Virus record (IMG/VR): IMGVR_UViG_3300027798_000104
Coordinates: 1-38,083 of that record
Length of the DNA stretch: 38,083 nucleotides
DNA from: a virus
Lineage: Duplodnaviria > Caudoviricetes
Strand: one strand, 5' to 3'
Below the pieces are notes generated by a model that did no database searches, had not been told where the DNA came from, and was given only the letters and a program-made list of their open reading frames with translations. Position numbers and translations under genes: made by a program. Shown piece by piece: positions 27,781 through 36,836 of the stretch. The first letter of the stretch is position 1; each line of letters opens with the position of its first letter.

Positions 27781-28644
27781 ATGAAGATATATGAAGTAAT
27801 CGCTGAAGACGCCGCTTATAATGTAGGTTTTGCCGCGGGTAAAACTGCAAAACTAATTGACAAATACATTATAGCCCACAACATACAAGGGGAAGTTGTG
27901 ACTAGTCGTTTGGCCAAAGGCGCTGGCACATTCCTTCGTGTAATTAAATTGCTGGGATACTATGATATTGCTGTGGTATTATGGCAGCAAAAAATAGCAA
28001 TTCAAGGTCTAGTTAAGAGCAAGCAGATCAGTGCTGAAGACGGTGATGCCGCAATTCGCCAACAGTACGAAAAGATGGTTGCATCAATATTGGCCGCAGG
28101 CGGCGTTGTCAAACTTATGGCCTTACTAAGGGTATTGCCATTTGTCAAATGGTTTGTACGTGCAGGTACCGCAGTGGCTTCGGGCGCAACTTTAGGTGCT
28201 CTTGGCGGTCCAGCTATCATGTTTGCCATTGCTACTGAAGTTGGTATTATTTGGTTACAAAAATATCTAGCGACCAAAGAAGGTCAAGAAGCACTGGCAT
28301 GGTTCGTGATTTACATTATCGATCCTAGCGTAGTTTGGGTGTGGAATGAAAGTTTTGGTAGGATTGTCGAAGCTTGGAAACTTAAAGAAGTTAGTCCAGA
28401 AGCGCAGGCTAAGATTGACGGAACTATCAAAGGCAAAGATGGGGTCGCAGGCGGTATTGCCGGCAAACCTAGTGCTAAAGATGACATTGAAAAAAGTTCC
28501 ACTAGTAAAGACTTTAGCGGCGGAACTGTTCAGGCTTACGATCAATATGGTAATAGATCGAGTTGGGGGGTAGGAGATAGATTTGCACATAAAGTTGGTG
28601 ACAAACTAGACCAAGGTGAAGACTACCGCGGGCCTATTAAATAA
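27781..28644 (+). CDS. Hypothetical late protein with hydrophobic segments; candidate capsid-internal protein
   Basis: 287-aa ORF with its own late promoter and RBS. N-terminus MKIYEVIAE; several Gly/Ala-rich hydrophobic stretches. Confidence 0.7.
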   Translation: MKIYEVIAEDAAYNVGFAAGKTAKLIDKYIIAHNIQGEVVTSRLAKGAGTFLRVIKLLGYYDIAVVLWQQKIAIQGLVKSKQISAEDGDAAIRQQYEKMVASILAAGGVVKLMALLRVLPFVKWFVRAGTAVASGATLGALGGPAIMFAIATEVGIIWLQKYLATKEGQEALAWFVIYIIDPSVVWVWNESFGRIVEAWKLKEVSPEAQAKIDGTIKGKDGVAGGIAGKPSAKDDIEKSSTSKDFSGGTVQAYDQYGNRSSWGVGDRFAHKVGDKLDQGEDYRGPIK

Positions 28645-28870
28645 TAGCCATTTGTGATGCTTTGGTAGTTTCGATATTTTCTTTAATAATATCGCCCATG
28701 ATTTTTATATCTTCAGCAGAGTAAGTATGCAGTAAATCGTTGATATTTACGCCTCCGCGCATAAACCAACTTATTCTAAACAGCTCTGTTTTATATTGTA
28801 TTGCATCTTTTTCAAGCCTAACAAGCAAGTCTTCAATTTGCTGATTAGAAAGTCTTGTTAGGCGGCGGCG
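28637..28870 (-). CDS. Small baseplate/tail assembly protein (cyanophage 'gp51'-like position), probably the -1 frameshift extension of the upstream gp26-like gene
   Basis: Frame is open from the slippery site: RRRLTRLSNQQIEDLLVRLEKDAIQYKTELFRISWFMRGG...IIKENIETTK. The only early start is a TTG at 28828 with no clear RBS. Confidence 0.7.
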   Translation of the reverse strand, partial: RRRLTRLSNQQIEDLLVRLEKDAIQYKTELFRISWFMRGGVNINDLLHTYSAEDIKIMGDIIKENIETTKASQMAII

Positions 28871-29688
28871 AAAAAACTTGCTTGATCCAAATCAACATTA
28901 AATGAATTTTCTGCATCGCAACTATCACACTTAACATGCGTAGTTGGTATGCGCCACACTTCGCTGTTTTTAGTCACTTGCGTACGGACAGTATCAAACA
29001 CAGTTTTATCAGCATTTTCAATCCACTCGGTAATAAACTCTGACTCAGTAACTACTTGTCCACTAGGTAATTCTACTTGTTCAATGCCTGCAATGATTAC
29101 TTTATTTTGAAGAAGTCCTAAATCTCGATAAATCTCACCAATTAGTTTATTTTTTTCTTCTTCGTTTTCTAATGCGCTAGCTTGTATTAATCGTTTTTGC
29201 AACGCAAATTGTGCTAGATTAAAATCAGTTACTTGTCTGTAATCAAGAGGGCGAATCCGAATAGTTAGATCACCAAGTGTGACACTTGACTCAAACTGAC
29301 ATTGACTAAAATGATCTAGGAATTTAGTAACATCAAGATCGTAATTGTTTTCAGTATCACATTTCTCACACACATGTACCATAGTCATAGTATTGCCATA
29401 AGTAGCAACACGAATTCCTACTAGCAGTGCATCTACGTCTAGGTTGCTTACAGCCCATCCATCTTTAACGTTTGGACAACAACTTTCAATTACTCTCACA
29501 GTACTTTCGCCTGTTATCAGAGCATCCGGAGTTTTTAACATGATCTCATCCATGCCAGTCATACCATATACTGGCATGTGAGTAAGATCGCCTGTAATAG
29601 CTGTAGGATCGTTGTAAACACCTTGACTAGGCAATGATACAAATACCTTGGGTTGTCTAAAATACTGTTGTAATGGGTTATTGGCCAT
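28858..29688 (-). CDS. gp26: Baseplate hub assembly chaperone, gp26-like
   Basis: NPLQQYFRQPK.FVSLPSQG, MTGMDEIMLKTPDAL, DVDALLVGIRVATYG, two CxxC motifs (CEKC, CDSC), C-terminal SFF. Confidence 0.8.
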   Translation of the reverse strand: MANNPLQQYFRQPKVFVSLPSQGVYNDPTAITGDLTHMPVYGMTGMDEIMLKTPDALITGESTVRVIESCCPNVKDGWAVSNLDVDALLVGIRVATYGNTMTMVHVCEKCDTENNYDLDVTKFLDHFSQCQFESSVTLGDLTIRIRPLDYRQVTDFNLAQFALQKRLIQASALENEEEKNKLIGEIYRDLGLLQNKVIIAGIEQVELPSGQVVTESEFITEWIENADKTVFDTVRTQVTKNSEVWRIPTTHVKCDSCDAENSFNVDLDQASFFAAA

Positions 29689-29700
29689 TGTTTATCTCCG

Positions 29701-29726
29701 GATAAATATTATACAGTGTATTTATA
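29701..29726. promoter_or_regulatory. Overlapping pair of late promoters: GATAAATA (+, 29701-29708) and TATAAATA (-, 29719-29726)
   Basis: Both boxes read directly in the 62-nt gap between the divergent gp26-like and tape-measure-like genes. Confidence 0.75.
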
Positions 29727-29750
29727 TACGCATATTTCTTGGAAAAATAA

Positions 29751-32159
29751 ATGGCAGATCCAGATCCAAATAAACCCACAGTAACGATGACCGAAGATCA
29801 GTTGAAAAAACTGCTCAAAGAAAACAATCAGAATCGCACACCACCCGCTAGTGCCAGGGGTTTTGATATGCAACAGGCTGTAACTATCGCCACCGGCGGG
29901 CTTTCTAGCATGAGAAAGCTGATCGATGAAACTGCTGACGTTTGGAGAGCAAGCTCGGATATAGGTATTGGTTTTAATAATGATTCTGTTGGCTTAAGAA
30001 CTAGTATTGCTAAGACACGATTAGGCACTGATGAATACACTGATGTTATTGGTCGTGCTAAACTAGGACTTACTAGTCTAGGTGGATCAATGACTGAAGG
30101 CGCTAAGGCCTTTAACAGATTATCCGACGATTTTTCAAGAAGTGAGGCTGCTGATAGATTAACCAAGTTAGGGTATAGCACTAAAGAATTTAACGAAGTA
30201 CTAGCATTAAGCGTTACTGGTAAACGCTTTGATACTGCTAATGATCAACAATCTAGCTATAAAGCTCGCCAAGCCGCAGAAGAACTGGCAGTTGAAATGG
30301 ATAAAGTTGCCCAGCTAACAGGTGTAAGTCGTCGAGATCAAATGGAAGCACTACAAGCCCAGCAACGAGATGCTCGATTACAAGCGGCTTTTGAAATTGA
30401 AATAAGAAAAGGCGGGACTCAAGTAGCCGATGATTACAAAAAAGCCAGTGCTAACTTACAAGGTGTGGGATTAGACAAACTAGGCAAAGAATTATTTACT
30501 GGACAAGCATTAAGCGAAAAAGCTATTGCTCAAATGAACGCTCTCGGACCAGCCGGTACACAATTACGTGAAGCTATGAATGCTACACGCGATGCACGTA
30601 CTAAAGAACAGCGTGATGCTGCCGGTATGTTAATGCAAAATGCTCAAGCCGCCGTTGCTACAAGAATACAACAAGACAGTTATCTAGCACTAGTTGTAAA
30701 AGGACAGGGCGTTGTTGCAGACGCTGCCGGCGAACAATATATTGCCGCTAAAAATTATGCTGAATCGTTAAATGCTGTACGTAGAGAAGCACTAGACAGC
30801 GGCAAAACACTAACAGATCAAGAAGCGGCCGAAGCCGCCGCCAAACGAGTTGATCTCGCCCAGCGCGGGAAAGATAAAGACGGAAAAGATGTTGAAGGTG
30901 CTAAAACTACTGAGTTAGCAATACAAGCACAGAATAGATTAAAAGATGCCTATGTAGTATCTGCACAAATTATTGAAGCTTCTAACAATAGTTTAGGAAG
31001 AGGTCCAACAGTAGATGCACTGATTGAAAAAACTAGAAATGTAAAAATGCAGGATGGCGTTAAGTCGTCTTTTGTAGATAGATTTGGAGCAAACAGTTTA
31101 CAAGAATTAGTCAAGTCTATTAATAATGACACACCTGGTGGCGACTTACCTGGCTTAATTAAACAAGGGTTTAAAGAAGCTGCCGAAGCGACACTTGATA
31201 TTGGTAAAATTGTAGGTGGCGGAATACTTGATTCTGTAGTGCCAGGATTTAAAAGTTTCTTTGAAAACATAAAAGAAATGTTTCCTAACCTAAAAGATAT
31301 TAAAGAAGCTGTAAAACGAGATACAGGTACCCTAGGGAAAACGGGACAGTTAAGAGAACCTACAGATATTTTTGCTAGCGTTGAAGCCGGCGAAACAGTT
31401 TTTACTCCTACACAGTTGGATAATTTTGCAAGAAACGTTGCAGAGTCAGCTAAAACTCAAATGCCTCCGGAGTTCACTAGCGTGTTACGTAGTATGCAGG
31501 TAAATCAAGGAACATCAGGCACATCTAGCGGTATTGATTTGTTTGCAGACATGTTTAAAAATATACAAACTAGTATTAGCTCTGCCAATGCTCCAAGTAA
31601 AAATCCTGCCGATCAGTCATCGATTATGTTTAGCGATCAAGTGATTGAACAAAATGCTCGTATTGCTGAAGCTATTTCAAAGTTTTCAACAGCTGATACA
31701 GCAACAAAAGATACAGTTCCGTCTGTAGATTTTGCCAGTGTGTTTGATGGATTGTTTAAAGGACTACAAACAGAGATTCCAAAGTTTGGCGAAACTGTTA
31801 GAACATCGTTTAGTAATTTGGCTAGCGTTATTCCCAGCGCACAACAAAACAGAACTAGCGAAATGTCAAGAACTATTCCAGCTGAAATCAGTCAAGCTAG
31901 AATAGAAACACAAAGACAAGAAGAAAATAGAAAGCGTGAAGCCGCACAGCAAAACACAACAACAGATAACAACAATCAACGTCCAAACGAAACTGCACTA
32001 GCTGGCACAGCTACTCTAGATGACCTCAAAGACTTATTAGAACAGTTAAATAGTACTATGGGACTTAATGTGTCACATTTATCTGACTTAGTTAACTCTA
32101 CAGATAAACAAGTCAGAGCCACTAAACGTCTTGATCCAAACGTTACTATGAGATCTTAA
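29751..32159 (+). CDS. Putative tail tape-measure protein (802 aa)
   Basis: Long Ala/Gln/Lys-rich helical sequence. GTLGKTG...AGETVFTP motif resembles those in TMP C-terminal halves. Adjacent to the chaperone gene pair. Confidence 0.6.
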   Translation: MADPDPNKPTVTMTEDQLKKLLKENNQNRTPPASARGFDMQQAVTIATGGLSSMRKLIDETADVWRASSDIGIGFNNDSVGLRTSIAKTRLGTDEYTDVIGRAKLGLTSLGGSMTEGAKAFNRLSDDFSRSEAADRLTKLGYSTKEFNEVLALSVTGKRFDTANDQQSSYKARQAAEELAVEMDKVAQLTGVSRRDQMEALQAQQRDARLQAAFEIEIRKGGTQVADDYKKASANLQGVGLDKLGKELFTGQALSEKAIAQMNALGPAGTQLREAMNATRDARTKEQRDAAGMLMQNAQAAVATRIQQDSYLALVVKGQGVVADAAGEQYIAAKNYAESLNAVRREALDSGKTLTDQEAAEAAAKRVDLAQRGKDKDGKDVEGAKTTELAIQAQNRLKDAYVVSAQIIEASNNSLGRGPTVDALIEKTRNVKMQDGVKSSFVDRFGANSLQELVKSINNDTPGGDLPGLIKQGFKEAAEATLDIGKIVGGGILDSVVPGFKSFFENIKEMFPNLKDIKEAVKRDTGTLGKTGQLREPTDIFASVEAGETVFTPTQLDNFARNVAESAKTQMPPEFTSVLRSMQVNQGTSGTSSGIDLFADMFKNIQTSISSANAPSKNPADQSSIMFSDQVIEQNARIAEAISKFSTADTATKDTVPSVDFASVFDGLFKGLQTEIPKFGETVRTSFSNLASVIPSAQQNRTSEMSRTIPAEISQARIETQRQEENRKREAAQQNTTTDNNNQRPNETALAGTATLDDLKDLLEQLNSTMGLNVSHLSDLVNSTDKQVRATKRLDPNVTMRS

Positions 32160-32163
32160 AAAT

Positions 32164-33909
32164 ATGAGCTGGAAAAAGTACTTTACACCAGTACCAACAG
32201 GTACATCACTTAGTCCGATATCGGGATCTTCGTCGTCTAGCAAGGCAGGGCCTGCTAAAACAAACTATAGTAGCTATTTGCCTGATGTTTACTCAGGTAG
32301 TCCAAATCGTATCGAGCGTTATCAGCAATATGAAGTAATGGACAGCGATCCAGAAGTTAATGCGGCATTAGATATTTTAGCAGAGTTTTGTACACAAAAA
32401 TTAAAAGACGGTAAAACACCATTTAGTGTAGGTTGGAGACATCGTGCTACCAACACAGAAATTAAGATTCTAGGCGAATATATGCAACAATGGTGCAAAC
32501 TACAAAAGTTTGACACTCGTATATTCCGTATTATCCGTAATGTATTCAAATACGGTGATGCTGTTTTTATTCGTGATCCAGAAAATCAAAAATGGTCTTA
32601 TGTTGATCCTAGCAAGATTGTTAAAATTATTGTAAACGAAAGCGAAGGTCGTAAACCTGAGCAGTATGTTATCAAAGATCTAGCACCTAACTTTGAAAGT
32701 CTAGTTGCTACACAAATCACTCCTAATCTTAATCCTAGAAACACAACCAGCGGTATCGGTGGCGGCGCAAGTTATTTACAACCTAGCGGTGCAGGTAGAG
32801 GTTCATCAAGTAACTATCCCAGCAGTTCAAGCGGCAACCGTTTTGGTACTACTGAAACAGAATACGCAATTAACGCAGAACACATTATACATCTGTCATT
32901 AAGCGAAGGTCTAGATAATAATTACCCATTTGGTAACAGCTTATTAGAGAACATCTTCAAAGTTTACAAGCAAAAAGAATTATTAGAAGATGCTATTCTT
33001 ATCTATCGCATACAACGTGCTCCAGAAAGACGAGTATTCCACATTGACGTTGGTAACATGCCAAGCCACATGGCCATGGCGTTTGTTGAAAGAGTTAAAA
33101 ATGAAATACATCAACGAAGGATTCCAAGTCAAACCGGCGGTGGACAGAATGTTATTGATAGTGCTTATAACCCATTGTCTATTAATGAAGATTACTTCTT
33201 CCCACAAACCGCTGAAGGACGAGGAAGTAAAGTTGAAACTTTACCAGGAGGAACGAATCTTGGTGAGATTGACGACTTAAAATACTTTACAAACAAGTTG
33301 TTCCGTGGTTTACGTATTCCATCAAGCTATTTGCCAACAGGTGCAGATGATTCAGCGGCATCGTATAACGACGGACGAGTAGGCACAGCGTATATCCAAG
33401 AGCTACGCTTTAACAAGTATTGTGAACGATTGCAAGCACTAGTATCACATGTGTTTGATGAAGAATTTAAGATGTACATGTACCATAGAGGTATGAACAT
33501 TGATGCAAACTTGTTTGAATTAAAGTTTAATCCTCCTCTAAACTTTGCAAGTACACGCCAAAGTGCATTGGATTCAGAACGTATTAACACATTTAATACT
33601 ATTCAAGCAGTGCCATTCATGTCAAAACGATTTGCTCTTAAACGTTTCTTAGGCTTAACAGACGAAGAAGTAGCAGAAAACGAACGCATGTGGGGCGAAG
33701 AGAACGGCAAGGGCAATCCAATTAATACTGATGCCGCTGGAGAAATGCGTAGTGCAGGACTAAGTGCCGCAGGTATTGAAGGCGACTTGGGAGCCGCAGG
33801 AGATTTATCAGCCCCAGAAGACATGGAAGGCGATCTAGAGCCAGGTATGGAAGCACAAACTACTCCAGGTGTCGGTGGTGCGGCTCCAGCAACTGCTCCA
33901 ATCATATAA
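32164..33909 (+). CDS. gp20: Portal vertex protein
   Basis: LLEDAILIYRIQRAPERRVFHIDVGNMP, EDYFFPQTAEGRGSKVETLPGGTNLGEIDDLKYF.NKLFRGLRIPSS, ELRFNKYCERLQ. Confidence 0.96.
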   Translation: MSWKKYFTPVPTGTSLSPISGSSSSSKAGPAKTNYSSYLPDVYSGSPNRIERYQQYEVMDSDPEVNAALDILAEFCTQKLKDGKTPFSVGWRHRATNTEIKILGEYMQQWCKLQKFDTRIFRIIRNVFKYGDAVFIRDPENQKWSYVDPSKIVKIIVNESEGRKPEQYVIKDLAPNFESLVATQITPNLNPRNTTSGIGGGASYLQPSGAGRGSSSNYPSSSSGNRFGTTETEYAINAEHIIHLSLSEGLDNNYPFGNSLLENIFKVYKQKELLEDAILIYRIQRAPERRVFHIDVGNMPSHMAMAFVERVKNEIHQRRIPSQTGGGQNVIDSAYNPLSINEDYFFPQTAEGRGSKVETLPGGTNLGEIDDLKYFTNKLFRGLRIPSSYLPTGADDSAASYNDGRVGTAYIQELRFNKYCERLQALVSHVFDEEFKMYMYHRGMNIDANLFELKFNPPLNFASTRQSALDSERINTFNTIQAVPFMSKRFALKRFLGLTDEEVAENERMWGEENGKGNPINTDAAGEMRSAGLSAAGIEGDLGAAGDLSAPEDMEGDLEPGMEAQTTPGVGGAAPATAPII

Positions 33910-33912
33910 ATA
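33905..33912 (+). promoter_or_regulatory. Late promoter TATAAATA containing the portal stop codon
   Basis: Exact T4 late consensus; next ATG at 33917. Confidence 0.75.
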
Positions 33913-33916
33913 TATC

Positions 33917-34153
33917 ATGATCCTTAGAGAATTGTTTTATATTGATCCCGATACTAGGCGCACTAGTAATGATCTGAGATATGATGCAGATCGTGATCTA
34001 ACGACCATGCATAGAGATGACACACGTAAGACACGATTGTCCTTACGCCAAATTAACGAACTTCGCAAAGCCAGCGAGTCACACATTTTAGAACAAGAGC
34101 AAGAATTAGAATTTATACACGCAATGTACAAAATGCCAGCACCGGCTGTATAA
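33917..34153 (+). CDS. Small hypothetical head-assembly protein (78 aa; gp67/68 syntenic position)
   Basis: MILRELFYID...DDTRKTRLSLRQINELRKASE. ATG 33917 preferred over the upstream GTG that lies inside the portal gene. Confidence 0.7.
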   Translation: MILRELFYIDPDTRRTSNDLRYDADRDLTTMHRDDTRKTRLSLRQINELRKASESHILEQEQELEFIHAMYKMPAPAV

Positions 34154-34156
34154 ATA
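34149..34156 (+). promoter_or_regulatory. Late promoter TATAAATA containing the stop codon of the small ORF; variant TGTAAATA at 34217-34224
   Basis: Exact consensus upstream of the core/protease/scaffold/capsid genes. Confidence 0.65.
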
Positions 34157-34261
34157 TCTTGATTTTGTTAAAATACGCCGTTTTTAGGCTATTTCACCCC
34201 CGTTTTAAAAATAATATGTAAATATTATACAGCCTTGTCATCATATCACAGGAGATTAATA

Positions 34262-35086
34262 ATGACTGATCGTACGCAATTTGAAGCCATGCTTGAGGCA
34301 TTGATCAACGAAGATCAAGAAACAGCACAAGAAATTTTCCACAACATCGTAGTAGCGAAATCACGCGAAATCTACGAAGAACTACTAGAATCAGACTTTA
34401 AAGTAGAAGAAGGTGAAAACCCATTTGCAAAAGATGACGACAGTGAAGAAGAAGAACCAGCAGATGATGCAGAAGACGACGCAGAAGGTGAAGATGATGA
34501 TGTAGGCGGTGACGCTACTGATGACTTCATGAGCGACGTTGACGGTGAAGAAGGTGACGCAGAAAGCGATGGTGGTGACGTTGAAGATCGAGTTATGGAC
34601 CTAGAAGACGCACTAGAAGAATTAAAAGCAGAATTTGAACAGCTAATGGCTGGTGAAGAAGATATGGGCGGTGACGACATGGGCATGGAACCAGAAATGG
34701 GCGATGACGACATGGGCGGTATGGATGCCATGGGCGGTGAAGAAGAGCCAGACGAACTAGCAGCCATGATGGAATATGTTAACAAAGTAAGTCCTCCAAA
34801 GCACGGCGACAACGGTACTAACACCAAGTCAATCGTTGCCGGAAAGAACGACATGGGCGGCACAACTGCTAACATTGCTAAGTCATTTAGCACAACAAGC
34901 GGTGGTACACAAGGCGGTTTATTAAAGCCAACAACATCTATCCATGATGGTGGTAACATTAATAAGCCAGGTGCAAATGTTGGTAAGACAGCATTTAAGA
35001 AGAAAGAGCCAGGTCACGGTGCAGAACGTAAAGGTTCAGCCGACACAGCTCCAGATAAGAAAAGTTTGATTGGATCACGTAAGTAA
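34262..35086 (+). CDS. Acidic prohead core/scaffold-like protein
   Basis: ATG 34262 has an AGGAG RBS at 34250-54. Extremely D/E-rich N-terminal two-thirds, coiled coil (VEDRVMDLEDALEELKAEFEQLM), basic C-terminus. Lies between portal and protease. Confidence 0.75.
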   Translation: MTDRTQFEAMLEALINEDQETAQEIFHNIVVAKSREIYEELLESDFKVEEGENPFAKDDDSEEEEPADDAEDDAEGEDDDVGGDATDDFMSDVDGEEGDAESDGGDVEDRVMDLEDALEELKAEFEQLMAGEEDMGGDDMGMEPEMGDDDMGGMDAMGGEEEPDELAAMMEYVNKVSPPKHGDNGTNTKSIVAGKNDMGGTTANIAKSFSTTSGGTQGGLLKPTTSIHDGGNINKPGANVGKTAFKKKEPGHGAERKGSADTAPDKKSLIGSRK

Positions 35087-35089
35087 TTT

Positions 35090-35716
35090 ATGTTATATCT
35101 CCGAGAAAATCTAAGCTTCAACGAAGCAAAAATGATCGTTGAATCTGATGACAAAGACGGGAAATCGTTGCACATGTCGGGTATCTGCATTCAAGGCGGT
35201 ATCCGTAATGCTAATCAACGTGTCTATCCTGTGAATGAGATTGGCAAGGCTGTCAAAACCCTTAACGATCAGATTCAAAACGGTTATAGTGTTCTCGGAG
35301 AAGTAGATCATCCAGATGACTTAAAAATTAACTTGGATCGTGTAAGCCACATGATAACAAATATGTGGATGGACGGTCCAAACGGTTATGGTAAATTGAA
35401 AATTTTACCTACACCTATGGGACAACTAATTCGTACAATGCTGGAAAGCGGAGTGAAATTAGGCGTTAGTAGTCGCGGATCCGGCAACGTCAAAGAAGAC
35501 GGTTCCGGTGAAGTATCAGATTTTGAGATTATCACAGTAGATATGGTAGCTCAACCTAGTGCTCCGGGAGCATATCCTACACCAATTTATGAACACTTGA
35601 TGAATAGTCGAGGTGGATTAAGTGCCTTACGCATAGCGCAAGAGGTAAAAGGTGACCCGAAGGCACAGAAATATCTCAAAGAGAGCCTATTAGCAATAAT
35701 TGGCAAACTCCAATAA
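35090..35716 (+). CDS. gp21: Prohead core protein protease
   Basis: GICIQGGIRNANQRVYP, LGEVDHP, INLDRVSH, ILPTPMG, GVSSRGSG, DMVAQPSAPGAY. Confidence 0.95.
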   Translation: MLYLRENLSFNEAKMIVESDDKDGKSLHMSGICIQGGIRNANQRVYPVNEIGKAVKTLNDQIQNGYSVLGEVDHPDDLKINLDRVSHMITNMWMDGPNGYGKLKILPTPMGQLIRTMLESGVKLGVSSRGSGNVKEDGSGEVSDFEIITVDMVAQPSAPGAYPTPIYEHLMNSRGGLSALRIAQEVKGDPKAQKYLKESLLAIIGKLQ

Positions 35717-35729
35717 TAAGGAGAATCAC

Positions 35730-36824
35730 ATGTTGGATGCACTAAAACAATTATTCGAGAACAACGTGATTTCTGAAGAGATCCAAGAGTCAATCGAGCA
35801 AGCATGGGAAGCACGAATCGTAGAGAATCGTGAACAAGTGGCTACTCAATTACGCGAAGAGTTTGCTCAGAAATATGAGCACGACAAGCAAACTATGATT
35901 GAAGCAGTTGATCGTATGATCACTGATCAATTAGCAGGCGAGCTTGTTGAATTTGCCGACGATCGCAAGCAATTAGCTGAAATGAAAGTCAAGTATGCTA
36001 AGAAGATGAAGAAAGATGCTGAAGTAATGAAGGAATTTGTTACACGTCAGTTAGTTTCTGAAGTTTCTGAGTTACATGAAGATCAAATGGTTATGGCTAG
36101 CAAGTTTGGCAAGTTAGAACAATTCGTAGTAGAAGCTCTAGCTCAAGAAATTACAGAGTTTTACAAGGACAAGCAGGACTTAGCAGAAACTAAAGTTCGT
36201 CTAGTTCGTGAAGGAAAAGAACAACTTAAGAAAGTTAAGCAAGATTTCGTACAACGTGCGGCATCAATGGTTGATAAAGTTGTTAATGAGAGCCTACGCT
36301 CAGAGTTAACAAGTTTGAAAGAAGACATTGACGCGGCTCGTCGCAACGATTTTGGTCGTAAGTTATTTGAAGCGTTTGCTTCGGAATATCAGACTAGCTA
36401 TCTTTCTGAGAAATCAGAAACTGCAAAATTACTCAAGGTCATAGACATGAAAGAGTTAGCAATTTTGGAAGCTCAACAAGCATCCACAAGAGCAACAACT
36501 TTATTAGAAAGTAAACAAGCAGAAATTGCGACTTTAAAAGAGTCACAAGAAAGAAAAGCAATCATGACAGAATTACTTGCTCCGTTAAACACAGAGCAAA
36601 AAGAAATCATGGGTGAGTTAATGGAGAGTGTGAAAACATCAAGACTTGTAGAAAGTTTTGACAAGTATCTACCGTCAGTATTGAATGGTAAAGCTCCGCA
36701 GAAGAAACAGGCACTTGTAGAGGCTAAAGAAATTACAGGAAACAAAGTTTCCAACAGCAATCGTAGCAGCGAGAGCGATAACAACATCGTTGATATCCGT
36801 CGCCTTGCTGGACTAAAAATTTAA
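35730..36824 (+). CDS. gp22: Prohead core scaffolding protein
   Basis: Coiled-coil E/K-rich protein between protease and MCP. ATG 35730 has an AAGGAG RBS. C-terminal IRRLAGL. Confidence 0.85.
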   Translation: MLDALKQLFENNVISEEIQESIEQAWEARIVENREQVATQLREEFAQKYEHDKQTMIEAVDRMITDQLAGELVEFADDRKQLAEMKVKYAKKMKKDAEVMKEFVTRQLVSEVSELHEDQMVMASKFGKLEQFVVEALAQEITEFYKDKQDLAETKVRLVREGKEQLKKVKQDFVQRAASMVDKVVNESLRSELTSLKEDIDAARRNDFGRKLFEAFASEYQTSYLSEKSETAKLLKVIDMKELAILEAQQASTRATTLLESKQAEIATLKESQERKAIMTELLAPLNTEQKEIMGELMESVKTSRLVESFDKYLPSVLNGKAPQKKQALVEAKEITGNKVSNSNRSSESDNNIVDIRRLAGLKI

Positions 36825-36836
36825 GGAGAAATTTAC

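Noticed and set aside
33869-35729. Upstream starts given by the track (33869, 34235, 35700)
   Set aside because: Downstream ATGs at 33917, 34262 and 35730 fit promoter or RBS positions better and, for 33917 and 35730, avoid overlap with the upstream gene.
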